Positions 26,861-39,072 of a stretch of 64,000 nt of DNA are shown here, in pieces (positions within the stretch are counted from its first letter, which is position 1; each line of letters starts with the position of its first letter). Both the position numbers and the translations under genes were made by a program. The notes under the pieces were generated by a model. That model saw only the letters and a program-made list of their open reading frames with translations. It made no database searches and had not been told where the DNA came from. Source of the stretch: Eledone cirrhosa (lineage: Eukaryota); NCBI GenBank assembly GCA_964016885.1, contig OZ024745.1, positions 83,328,001-83,392,000 on the forward strand. Direction: 5' to 3'.

Positions 26861-27494
26861 ACACACGTGGTGGATATAAGGTCATGAAATCGCTCCCGTA
26901 AGTTTTTGATTTTTAACATATTTAAAACAATTGTGATATAACAATTCTTTGTACAAATGATACATAAACACCAGAAAATTCGGATCCATAATATCCTGTT
27001 ATATCGCTCAAATATTCAATTTTGTATTATAAATTTTATATTCAAAAAAGAAAATGGTTATAAATGGAAGACAAAACCCCCTCTGTCTACACTATATAGA
27101 ACAGCCAAATAACAGCAATTTCACTAACACCACAAACTAGATACACCACCTATCCCATCACCCCTCTGTGTACACTAAATACAACAGCCAGATAACGGCA
27201 ATTTCACCACCACCGCCACCAATCCCAGCATAATAATAATAATTACTATTATTATTGTCTCAAGTTTTCACAAAATGTTTAATACAAATATTAAGATATG
27301 TCAACACAATTATTAAACATACGCAACAAACCGCATAGATACACAGATCAAACAAACGCATACTATCTACAGTCTATTCAACAAAACTCAGTAACGACAA
27401 CGCCATCACTATAGTCACCGCCGCCACTACTCCAGCCATCATTGCTACCACTATCCCATCACCGCCGCCACCACTCCTTCATTGCTACATTAAA

Positions 27495-29099
27495 TTGAAG
27501 TTTGGACTAGATAAATGCGCCAAAACAACGTTCACCAGAGGAAAGCTGCTGAAAAGTTCAGACATTAATCTTGATCGGGGGAATGTGATAAGAGAACTTG
27601 ATCAAGAGGAAACCTACAAATATCTAGGTGTTTGTGAAGGAGACGGAATCAAGCACTCGACAATGAGGGAAAGGATAAGGAAGGAATGTTACCGCAGAAT
27701 AAGAGCAATCTTAAGAACGGAATTGAATGCAAGGAATAGGATCGATGCCATAAACACGCTTTCCATACCAGTAGTAACCTACAGTTACAATGTCATCAAG
27801 TGGTCAAGCACAGAGATCTGTAGGCTCGATACAAAAATCCGAAAATTCTTAACCATGCACAGAATGCATCACCCTAAGGCAGATACAGATAGGATATATC
27901 TCCCTAGGAAAGAAGGAGGACGTGGGTTAATCCAGTTAGATATTGCGTTGAAAACTGCAACAATTGGATTATCTACATATCTAAGGGAATCACATGATTG
28001 GATGATCAAACTCGTTTTGAAACACGAAAGCATCAAAAGATCATATTCCATTACAAAAGATGCACAAAGATACAGTAATGGACTACAAATTTCAGAAGTC
28101 CCATTTACTGCTGAAATAGAAAACACAGAAAAAGCAAAGCAGGTAAAAGTAACTGCAAAGAAAGAACTGCAAAGAAACTGGCTAAGAAATGGCAAGAAAA
28201 GCCTCTGTATGGAAAATACCCAGAGCGAGCTAACAATCCTGATGTTGACAAAACTTTAACCCATCAGTGGTTGGCATCCTCTGGACTGAAATCGGAGACT
28301 GAAGGACTGATTATATCAGCACAAGATCAGTGTCTACCAACAAAAAGTTACCAAGCCAACATAATAAAAAATGGATGCAGCCCATTATGCTGTGTATGCT
28401 AAAAACAACCATAGACCATTGACCATATAATTTCAATGTGCAGTCCTATTGCTCCAACCGAATACCTAAACAGGCATGACAGAGCTGCACAATACATACA
28501 TTGGATAATGTGTAAGCATTTTGACCTGCCACATCAAAAGAATTGGTGGGAGCATCAACCACCTCCCATACATGACAAAGATCACATCTCAATCTTGTGG
28601 AATTTCAGCAACCAAACAGACCGAAAAATAGATGCAAATAGACCTGATATAATACTGAAGGACATTACAAAGAGGGTATGCCTGCTAATTGATATGTCCG
28701 TTCCAATAGACATGAATGTATCTATAAGAACATTTGAAAAACTGAGCAAGTATAAGGACCTGGAGATATAAATTGGAAAAATGTTGGAAATTGAGAACTA
28801 AAACAATACCAATGTCTGTAGGCGCTCTAGGAATGATACCTAACGGGTCTAATGATTACTTATGGCAAATCCCAGCAAACCAGCGTATAGGAAAAATACA
28901 AAAGATAGTACTAATGGGAACTGCCCATATATTATGGAAGAGTCTGTCAATATAAGTACATCACAAGTCTAAACACCTAAAGATGCATGTATGAGTATTT
29001 ATGTTCTTTCTTGAACATGGCGGACCTTGTTGTCTCTTGAGGTCACTGGTTGTGACTTGGTGATAACTCGTATGAACATAAAGCAAGATAAAGGCAGCT
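27495..29099 (+). mobile_element. 5'-truncated or deleted family B copy
   Basis: Colinear with ~21380-22979. Confidence 0.92.
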
Positions 29100-29118
29100 A
29101 TAATAATAATAATAATAA

Positions 29119-29301
29119 TTGTTTCTACTTTTTGGCACAAGGCCAGCAATTATCCCAGTACATTACTGGTACTTTATCTTATCGACCCCGTAAGGATGAA
29201 AGGCAAAGTTAACCTCGGCGGGAATTGAACTCAGATCGTAAAGGGACATAACTATGCTGGAGAGCATATCCGACCCTCCACCAATACTGCCAATTCACCA
29301 A
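29119..29301 (-). mobile_element. tRNA-derived SINE (octopus-type)
   Basis: Minus strand: A box tggcagtattgg, B box gagttcaattcc, core actttgcctttcatccttacggggtcgataa, tail ...ggccttgtgccaaaaagtagaaac(aat/att)n. Confidence 0.88.
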
Positions 29302-29493
29302 TGTCCGTTTACAATTGTTTCGCTACTCCATATAATATTTCTGGATCAAATGACTATATATCATTATTGATCTGGTTCAGTTGAAAATGATTATCAGATT
29401 TAAAGACAGAACTAATTCACCAATCTCTCCTCTCCTATCTCCTCTCCTATCTCCATCTCTCTCTTTAAGATTGGTTACTCTTGAACTGTAAAA

Positions 29494-29529
<36 letters not shown>

Positions 29530-29533
<4 letters not shown>

Positions 29534-29750
29534 ATAATAATAAATTTGAAGACTAAAATCCAAAGAAGGGTCGATAAGGATAAATATATATCAAATATAT
29601 AAGAACCGTAGAGCAAATATTTATTAAAATAACATATTAATGTTTAAGCAAACAATCGCTGCTTTCACCCTTAACGGAATCTTCTGAAACTCGTTAAGGG
29701 TTAAAGCAGCGATTCTTTGCTTAAACTTTAATCTGTTATTTTAATAAATA
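29530..29750. repeat. (TA)n-flanked family Q tail with short fold-back; hammerhead variant at 29641-29691 (-)
   Basis: Arms ~29616-29675 and ~29692-29750; homologous to 47563-48085 and 60885-61095. Confidence 0.8.
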
Positions 29751-29755
29751 AATAA

Positions 29756-29840
<85 letters not shown>

Positions 29841-29956
29841 TATACTTTCACCCGTATAGGACATTTTGGTTTTTTTTAAACCTCATTTTCTTTTATATAT
29901 ACACACGGGTGAAAGTATAACGATCAGAAATTGAAAATGCAACTGGAGTCTTTTAA

Positions 29957-30022
<66 letters not shown>

Positions 30023-30414
30023 GTGGACCTAGAAATACTCAGCTTTATGCTAGAAAAAGCCCTATTTCATTCTAGGGGAAGGGAAATTCTAATGTAAAAC
30101 TTCCTACTCGATTACAACCAATTACGTCGACCTGTTATTTTAGGATGACTGCAATCGTTGTTCAAGAACTGGGATAGGTCCCGTGAAAAGCCTTTTTTTT
30201 TCCACTTAAAAAAGTTCAAGCACAGGTATCACTTGATCTAAACGACTTCCATACATGTTGTGTGAGCAGAGCTTTTTCTTTTCCCTTTCGCTTCAGCATA
30301 TGCAGAAAGGAAAATTTGGGCGGGCTAAAAAGACATGTATGTGCCACCCATGTAAGAGAAAATGGTCATCGTATGGCAATTATCGAAACCGAGAGGCAGC
30401 CATATATTTATATA

Positions 30415-31048
30415 CTAGCCGAATCACCCGCGCCTTGCTGCGTTTCACACATTTTTTTATAAGAAAATGATGATTGATTTTAAATCAGTGATATAATTTA
30501 TGGAGAAAAACCCTGCATTTCAATATTACTCAATGTAAAATGTAATGCATGAAACATTGGAAAACATTATTTTTGTAATATATCAAATCAAAATTACATT
30601 ATTAAATCTTATTCTTATTTTGTTTCTTGTAAATTATTTTTTCAAAATATCAATTCAAAACGTTTGTGAATACGCATTATATCTTGTCATTTACCTTTAA
30701 ATTTCATGTAAATCGAAGGGAAAATATTTTCAGTGGGGTTTGTGCCCCCGGAGAAACCTAATAGGAGGTTTAACACCCATTATGATTGAAATTTGCTGAA
30801 ATGTTGTGAATAGGCATCATATCTTGTCATTTACCTATGGTTTAAATTTCATATAAATCGAAAGGAAAAAACTTTCAGCGGGGGTTTGTGCCCCCGGGGA
30901 CCCTTTGATTAAAATGAAATATACTTATCCAAGTACCCTGGGCAATGTAGTTTCAGAATATATGTGGTTATGGCGGTCTATCTCCAAAGCCATAGGAGGA
31001 GTTCAACAAACAAAGAAACAAGCAAACAGACAGGAACTACAATATAGA
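30415..31048 (-). mobile_element. Non-autonomous Helitron-like element
   Basis: Minus strand starts A|TC and ends with a GC-rich imperfect hairpin (cgcagcaaggcgcggg) then ...CTAG|T. Internal ~100-bp duplication at 30662-30755 / 30803-30900. Confidence 0.6.
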
Positions 31049-32203
31049 TATCTATATCTATTTATCTCTCCCCCCTCTCTATCTCTCCCTCTCTCTCTCT
31101 TTCTCTACGCACGCGTAACACGGAATTCTAAAATTTGCCGCTGTTTCCAAGGCGAGAGATTATGTCTGCAGTGAGATTATCCCTTCACTCTTCTTTCAGG
31201 GACTCGATGCACTCGATAAATGAGACTCCAAGCCAAGACTAAACCCACAGTAAAATCATCCCCAGCTGTAGTAGTGCTGGCCCAGACACTTCACGAAACT
31301 CAGGAAACACGCAAGTACCCAATAAGTACAAAAACATAACCAATAGTCGCAAACATATTGAAAACTATAAACTTATTCAACAGTGCAACTACAACTCCAG
31401 TCACCAACTGCTCCCAAAACAAGAACACTTTCTTTAGCCATGATGTAAAAGTGATACAAAAAACCTTCACGCTCTTACACAACACCATATTCTGCTATTA
31501 CCCAAGACACCAACTCCCCTCATTTCTGTCACAAACCAACAAACCACAAAACAAGATCCCTGAAACAACCAAACCCTGTCACTACTGTAGCCTCCTCAAT
31601 TTTGCTCAATGCACAAGGTGTCAGCCTTCCGTCAACGTGATAACTTAGAACCAAACGCAGAAAATGATCATTTCTTTATATTATTGCGGATCTGTACTTA
31701 TTATATATCATAAATATGTTTGTGAAAGCAATATGGAAGATATATGAATTGGAAATCCCGCGAAACTATTTTGATGCTCTGTAAATAGAGATGGTGTAAA
31801 ATATTATTTCATGTTAAGAAGGGAATTGAATAGAATTATATGAATGGATAAGCCCTCAAGTGACGCATATCTCTCACATTTGATATATTACCAGCATAGA
31901 AAGAACTGAAATAAGCTCAGTTGTAATATTTGTTTAACTGAGAAGTTTTTAGTCTAAGGAAAATTTAAATTCAAGCAACGATATTCTTTGAGCCTACTTT
32001 TCATAAAGTAAAATATCCGCTATGTAGCCTACCCATGAAGAATTCTCCAAAAGGTTTCAGAGAAGTATCTAACGATCACAGTATTCCTTCATTACATTTT
32101 GTTTTACTTTTGTTATACTTTCTCTTCTGTTGTTTCTGTCTTTTCTTGTTACATTGAGTAGAGAGAACAACGTTGCAGACAGTGTATTACTTAATGTAAT
32201 ACT

Positions 32204-32385
32204 TGTTTCTACTTTAGGCACAAGGCCAGCAATTAGCCAGTGTATTACTGGTACTTTATTTTATCGACCCCGTAAGGATGAAAGGCAAAGTCAACCTCGG
32301 CGGGATTTGAACTCAGATCGTAAAGGGACGTTACTATGCTGGAAAGCATGGCTTCCTACCCTCTACCGATACTGCCAATCCACCG
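32204..32385 (-). mobile_element. tRNA-derived SINE
   Basis: Same A/B boxes, core and tail as 29119-29301. Confidence 0.88.
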
Positions 32386-32439
32386 GTAATAATACATACA
32401 CGTTGTGTATCTGTATTTTGTTGTCTGAGCATAGTTATC

Positions 32440-33344
32440 TATAAGATCTCTCTCTCTCTAACACTGTAACTCACTCGCACTCCCTTCTCACGCCCACTAT
32501 CTATTTCTTTCTCCTTCTTTTTCGCTCTTACAACTTTACTAACAAATACCCTTTGGCTGGGAGAAACAGAGAGGGAAAGAGAGGTAGAGAGAGAAAGAGA
32601 GAAAAGAAAGAAAGTGAAATAAAGGGAGAGATGATGCGTGAACGAATAAAATGTCCATGACCATAGAAAGAGAAAGATAAATTGAGAAAGAGTGAGAGAA
32701 ACAAGAATAAAAACAAAATACGCCACGTCACAAATAGTATGCATTCGTAATGTGTAATAGAATACGGGTGAGAAAGTGTGTGTGAGGGGCAATAAAATAT
32801 AGAGAAATATAGAAACATGTCAAGACAGAGATGGAGAGCAAATGAGAGAGACAAGGGGGGAAAAGAGATGGAGGGACGTAGGAAAATGGGTACAGAAGCA
32901 GGAAAATGAGAGAGAAGGAGGGTGTGAGAGGAAGAGAAATACAGACAAAAATAGAGGGGAATAGATGCGCGGAACGGAAAGTGGATGAGAAAGGGAGCTG
33001 CATGAATGGCAAGAGGGGGAGATACACACAAAGGAAGAGAAGAATAGATAGATGTAGAGAAAGAAAGGGAAGGATATAGGGGCGGAAAGTGACGAAGAGA
33101 GACGAGGAGAAAGTGAGTGGAGATACACAAAGAAAGTATGGGAAAAGACAGAGAGAAAGAGATAGAAAGTTACACGCAAAGAAAGAGAGGGAGATGCAGG
33201 GAAAGATAGCGCATATATTTATATATATATATGCGTATATGTGAATATGCGTATGTATATGTGTACATATATATATACATATGTATATAAACAAACATCT
33301 AGCTGTCGAAACGGCCGGAGCTCAGCCGTTGGGGTCCTGAATCT

Positions 33345-33391
<47 letters not shown>

Positions 33392-33515
33392 TGTGAATAC
33401 GTGTATATATATAGAGAGAGAGAGATATATACATATGTATGTATATATATATGTATGTATATATATATATATATACATATGTATGTATATATATATATAT
33501 ATATATATACATATG

Positions 33516-33570
<55 letters not shown>
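32440..33570. repeat. Purine-rich (GA) low-complexity tract followed by (TA)n
   Basis: Direct observation; similar tracts at 45100-46100. Confidence 0.85.
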
Positions 33571-33707
33571 GTTATATAGTAAGGTGCATTATTGGTTGTG
33601 TAAAATGGTCCAATAACTTTATGTTAGCAATATTAAGTTCTCCACGCTCTTGTATATCTCCAATTCCATTCGAGGGAACAGCTAGATGATGTAAAACTGA
33701 GTATAAG

Positions 33708-35676
33708 TATCAGAATGAAAATCGAAAAGCAAGGTAAAATTCCAATCATTTAATCACGACACATGTTTCAATAAGAGATAGATCGATTGTGAAGCCATGA
33801 TCGATTATCGCTGATCTCATCAGGTGAAAATGAATTGTCTTCAAATTCTTGATATGAGGGGAAAAAATATCGATGTTCTCTCACAGAATTCATTCCCTCA
33901 TATGGAGACACACCAGTCAGTCAGAGACATGGTGACTGCTATTAGTTGAGGTCATAAAAGTTTTCAGATTTCTATCGCTGCAAAAGACGCTGGACATCAA
34001 TCAAATCTGTAGGGATACAGTCAGTCACAGTTAAAAGTGAGTGGGTACACACACACACCCCACACTACATACATCGGCTCGGGGTCAAAGAAAAATATAT
34101 ACACACATCAACACAGTATTAAACCCGTAGAATTAGCGTGGGTTGGTACCCACACACTTTCACACACACCGAAGCGAGGTCCGAGAAAAAACAAATATAA
34201 GTATGTACCAACAGAGCACTCACCGAAAGTTAGTTCACAAAGCAACAGAAGTTATGTCGGTCAAATCTCAATTTGACGATGTAAATTGGAAGTATTGGGT
34301 TAACCAACGCTACACACATACACACACACACACGCGCGCGTGCGCGCAAGTAAGTTCAGTTCAGTGTTCAGCTATACGTGTATAGATCGAATTTTAACAT
34401 TCATATCTTCAAGTGTGTGTCGTTCAGTGTCAGTTCAGTGTTCTGCTATACGTGTATAGATCGAATTGTAACATCCATATCTTCGAGTGTGAATCGTCCA
34501 AAAAATGGGAGGGGGGGGGGTATGTCCGGGTATATACACATGCATGTGAAGAGCAAGCAATCAGCTCATGTCGAACTCCTTGTGTACCGCTGTCCCGTTG
34601 AGAATCCGTGACACCAAATCCGTGCGTGCAAGCAACTGCAATGTGGGCCGGCAAAGGGCTCCGTGTAGGGTTGGGTATTGGGTAAATGCGTCCGCAAGTG
34701 CGATTTTCCGTCACATGGGCCAATGAGCTTTTAAGATAATTGTTTGAGTGGTGGAGGTGTGTTATCCAACACAGAAGGTGAAGTAAGAAAACACAGGACA
34801 GTAAAATCCAAAGGATGTGTGTAGTCCCATTAATGGTGTGTCAGTATCATTGTTCAATCCGTAACAGTGAGTCCTCCATGGTTAGATGATCACGCATCAA
34901 AACCTGGTGTAGTGTTCTGTCGGTAGGAATGTGACAGTCGTAAATGTGGGGGCTCAATGTCTAAAGGAAACGGGTAGTGTGTGTAGAGCTATCTATAGAG
35001 AGCGTAATCGGTCCGAACTAAGTGTGTAATCAATCTAACTAGCTAGGTATTCTAAAAGAGAGCACTCAGCTGTGAGAACTCCGTGGAAACAGGCCGAGTA
35101 TCGTTTGCAAGTGCGCAAACAATCTTAGCTGTCTAACTACCTAAGTGTGTGACTGTCCGTTTATTGAGAGAACTCTATGGCTAAAGTAGAGAGGGAGAAG
35201 TTATTGGTAGGTTACCTTCCAAAAATCCCGCGAAAGGTTTTCGAGGTTCTATGTTGACAGTTGCTGAAAAAAAATCTGCTCTTCTATTAATTAATAGAGG
35301 GCCGCCTCTAATAATATTAAAAGTTTCAGCTATACATAAATTGCAGACTCCAGTGCTGCCGTTATAAGGTTGGGCTGAGCAAACTATGGACCAGGATAAG
35401 GAGTGCTCTATATTCTGAAGTTTAAGCTCAACTAAAGCTAATAGCAGTCACCATGTCTCTGACTGACTGGTGTGTCTCCATATGAGGGAATGAATTCTGT
35501 GAGAGAACATCGTTATTTTTTCTCCCTCATATCAAGAATTTGAAGACAATTCATTTTCACCCGATGAGATCAGTGATAATCGATCATGGCTTCACAATCG
35601 ATCTATCTCTTATTGAAACATGTGTCGTGATTAAATGATTGGAATTTTACATTGCCTTCGGATTTTCATTTCGATA
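33708..35676. mobile_element. Element with ~235-bp terminal inverted repeats (33708-33945 / 35440-35676), each holding a hammerhead-like motif; probable PLE derivative
   Basis: TCAC-CTGATGA-(47 nt)-GAAA-CATGTG-TC-GTGA at 33754-33827 (-); the copy at 35557-35630 (+) has CCGATGA. (TA)n lies nearby on both sides. Confidence 0.7.
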
Positions 35677-35801
35677 TATATATATATATACACACATATA
35701 TATCTGAAGGTATGTAATTTGAAGAATTTAAACAAAACTGGTCTGTTTTAACATGTTGTTTATTCAAATACGAAGTCAAAAACCTTGGAAAATAAAGAAA
35801 C

Positions 35802-36015
35802 CGTTTTAGCTTGAATGTGCCGTATTTTCCCTCTCAGAGAAGTTTTGTTATCTTATTTCATCTTAAAGCGTATGACACTTTTCGCATTGCGTTCGGTATA
35901 AGAAGGTGCGTAATTCGAAGGTTGCGACAATGCGAAAAGTGTTATACGATTTAAGATGAAATAAGATAACAAAACTTCTCTGAGAGAAAAAAGACGCCAT
36001 ATACAAGCTAAAACG
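35802..36015. repeat. Fold-back palindrome, ~89-bp arms, ~37-bp spacer
   Basis: cgttttagcttg...ttttcgcattg / caatgcgaaaag...caagctaaaacg. Confidence 0.9.
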
Positions 36016-36040
36016 CTTACTTTATTTTCCAATATATACA

Positions 36041-36109
<69 letters not shown>

Positions 36110-36115
<6 letters not shown>

Positions 36116-37254
36116 AGTATGTATACGTGCATACATATATGTATACAGACGTACAGTAGTATGTATATATATATATATATATATATATGCATACATGCAC
36201 ACATATATATGTACGTATGGATGGACCGAACATTTATTATAATGCTCGGTGTGTTTGTAAACAAACATCCCGAATTAAGCCGTACAGTGTCTAGCAACCA
36301 TCGTTGCTCATTTGTTCAACACTGACAAAGGAACGCTGTACTAGTTTCAAGCTTATTAGCTATCGTCAGCAACGTATACCTTCCTGCCAGATGGTTGAAC
36401 GTCTGAAAGTATATACTTTTCTTATGCATATTAACGGCTGAGCAGCCTAATTTGTATATCGAGTGAGTTAATCGGCCGGGGTACCGAAAACGATGAACGG
36501 AAAAAATGAAACGAAATTTTATTTCTCACTCTTAGTACGGCTGTTACTTAAATATAAGTATGTATACGTACATACATATATGTATACAGACGTACGTTAA
36601 TATGCATAAGGAAAGTATATATTTTCAGACGTTCAACCATCTGGCAGGAATGTATACGTTGCTGACGATAGCTAATAAGGTTGAAACTAGTACAGCGTTC
36701 CTTTGTCAGTGTTGAACAAATGAGCAACGATGGTTGCTAGACACTGTACGGCTTAATTCTGGATGTTTGTTTACAAACACACCAAGCATTATAATAAATG
36801 TTCGGTGAAGCCATACGTACATATATATATGTGTGCATGTATGTATATATATATATATATATATACATACTAGAGTACGTATGTATACATATAAGTATGT
36901 ACGTATACATACTTATATTTAAGTAACAGCCGTACTAAAGTGAGAAATGAAATTTCGTTTCATTTTTTCCGTTTAACTCACTCGATATGCAAATTAGGCT
37001 GCTCAGCCGTTAATAAGCATAAGGAAAGTATATACTTACAGACGTTCAACCATCTGGCAGGAAGGTATACGTTGCTGACAATAGCTAATGAGCTTGAAAC
37101 TAGTAAAGTGTTCCTTTGTCAGTGTTGAACAAATGAGCAACGATGGTTGCTAGACACTGTACGGCTTAATTCGGGATGTTTGTTTACAAACACACCGAGC
37201 ATTATAATAAATGTTCGGTGAATCCATACGTACATATATATATATGTGTGCATG

Positions 37255-37330
<76 letters not shown>

Positions 37331-37432
37331 CTACTGTACGTCTGTATACATATATGTATGTACGTATACATACTTATATTTAAGTAATAGCCGTACTAAG
37401 AGTGAGAAATGAAATTTCGTTTCATTTTTTTC
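36110..37432. repeat. Dispersed copy of the hammerhead satellite, ~3 units, with an inversion at ~36595, inside (TA)n
   Basis: HHR on - at 36331-36376; HHR on + at 36656-36700 and 37068-37110 (the last has a CTGACAA core). Confidence 0.92.
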
Positions 37433-37512
37433 TGTTTATATATTTATTTATATATATATACGACTGAGCTCCTGGCGTTTCGACAATTACATCCGAAATC
37501 CGGATCTAACGG

Positions 37513-37601
<89 letters not shown>

Positions 37602-37603
<2 letters not shown>

Positions 37604-37814
37604 CGGAGGAAATGTGGTAAGGAACCAGGTGGACCATAACGCACCAAAGTACTCAATACTTGAGGTAGTAGAGTGGGTAATAGGAACCAATAAGACCCCG
37701 ACAGCTGAGCTCAAGCCTTTTCGACGGCTAATTCTGGACTAGAATTAGCCGTCGAATTAGTCCAGAATTAGCCGTCGAAACGGCTTGAGCTCAGCTGTCG
37801 GGGTCTTACTGGTT

Positions 37815-37820
<6 letters not shown>
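37602..37820. repeat. PLE-like tail with a ~60-bp-arm palindrome (37681-37819) built from the 3' half of a hammerhead
   Basis: gacggctaattct..agaattagccgtc-GAAA-CGGCT(TGAGCTC)AGCTG-TC-GGGG. Segment 37612-37682 is homologous, inverted, to 41111-41180. Confidence 0.75.
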
Positions 37821-37863
<43 letters not shown>

Positions 37864-38393
37864 AGGAAGTTATAGTTCACTTGAAGCATTGTGCAATGAG
37901 GTATAAACGTTTGTATATGTATAATAAAGCCAAAACAATGCAGGTATGGACATAGAATAAAGAATGCAAATGCAAAAGATATTGTTGACAAATAGTCTTT
38001 TACCTTAGATTTATTTAAATGTCCTTAATTTTCGAGATAATATCTCTTCTTCGGAGGGAAGTGAAGGGGTTAAACCAGTGTTCTAAATAGCTTGCCAACT
38101 CATGCTGACAGGAAATGGTATAGAGTATCTGGTCTATCTCTAATGTCAAAGAGTTAAGGTTAGGTGGATAAAGAGTAGTCTCCCATTAAACATTTTTTTT
38201 TTCATTTTTTGTACATGCCTGTTTAAGTGTGTGGGAGAATGTGTGAGGTGTAAGTATGTGTGTGTGTGTGTGTGTGAGTGTGAGAAGATATGTCTATACG
38301 TATATGTGGGGATAGATGTTATCTCGTGTTAGAACTGGTCTTTGTGTGTGTATGTGTGTGTGTGAGAGAGAATAAGTGGGTGTGTAAGTGCGC

Positions 38394-38464
<71 letters not shown>

Positions 38465-38511
38465 CGCGTGTGTGTGAGAGGGAGGGTGTAAATATAGGGC
38501 TAGATGCTATA

Positions 38512-39072
38512 TCAAGTTATAAATTGGGTGTTGAGTTCTAGTCTATTATTGATTGGTGGTTGTGTTTTGTCTATAATTAGTGCTTCCTTAATTCTAAGAT
38601 TGCTGAGGTTTCTTTCCTTAGTTTCTATCCTAACTGTTATGGTTTTGTCGGTGTTTTTGCATTTACCTAGGTGTTTCTTAAATGAGGAAGCGTTAGTATT
38701 GAGGTGTTCTTTTATTCTTTTGTGGAGTGGTCTGGTGGTGCTACCTATGTAGAAGTTGCTGCATTTGTCGCACTCTAGTCTGTATACGACGTAAGCCTGG
38801 TGGCATAGGTCTGTGTCGTTGATGGGGCAGTTGGATAGCCTGCAGCGGTTTTCATGTCTGGTGGAGTGTCTTTTGGTTAGCTGTCCGCGTAGAGAAGGAC
38901 CTGAGTGGGCCAGTTGGATATCTAGTCCCTCTCGTATGATAGCTCTGCGGATGGCTGTTGTTGTTTCGTCACTGAAGTGTGGGAGCTTCAGGAAGCAAGT
39001 GTTAGTGCCTCGGGTGTGGTGTCCTCTGTTCTTTCTGGCACGGTTTGTGGTGGATGTCGTGTATCCGTTCAA
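38512..39072 (-). pseudogene. PLE GIY-YIG endonuclease domain
   Basis: VVYRLECDKCSNFYIGSTTRPLHKRIKEH...LRIKEALII...PPIN. Confidence 0.9.

Noticed and set aside
32439-33689. 100-200 aa ORFs rich in L/S/F or Y/I (likewise the C/V and H/T ORFs at 45-50 kb)
   Set aside because: Microsatellite and low-complexity translations.
33946-35439. Possible decayed GIY-YIG or transposase between the inverted repeats
   Set aside because: No convincing motif found in manual translation; needs a profile search.
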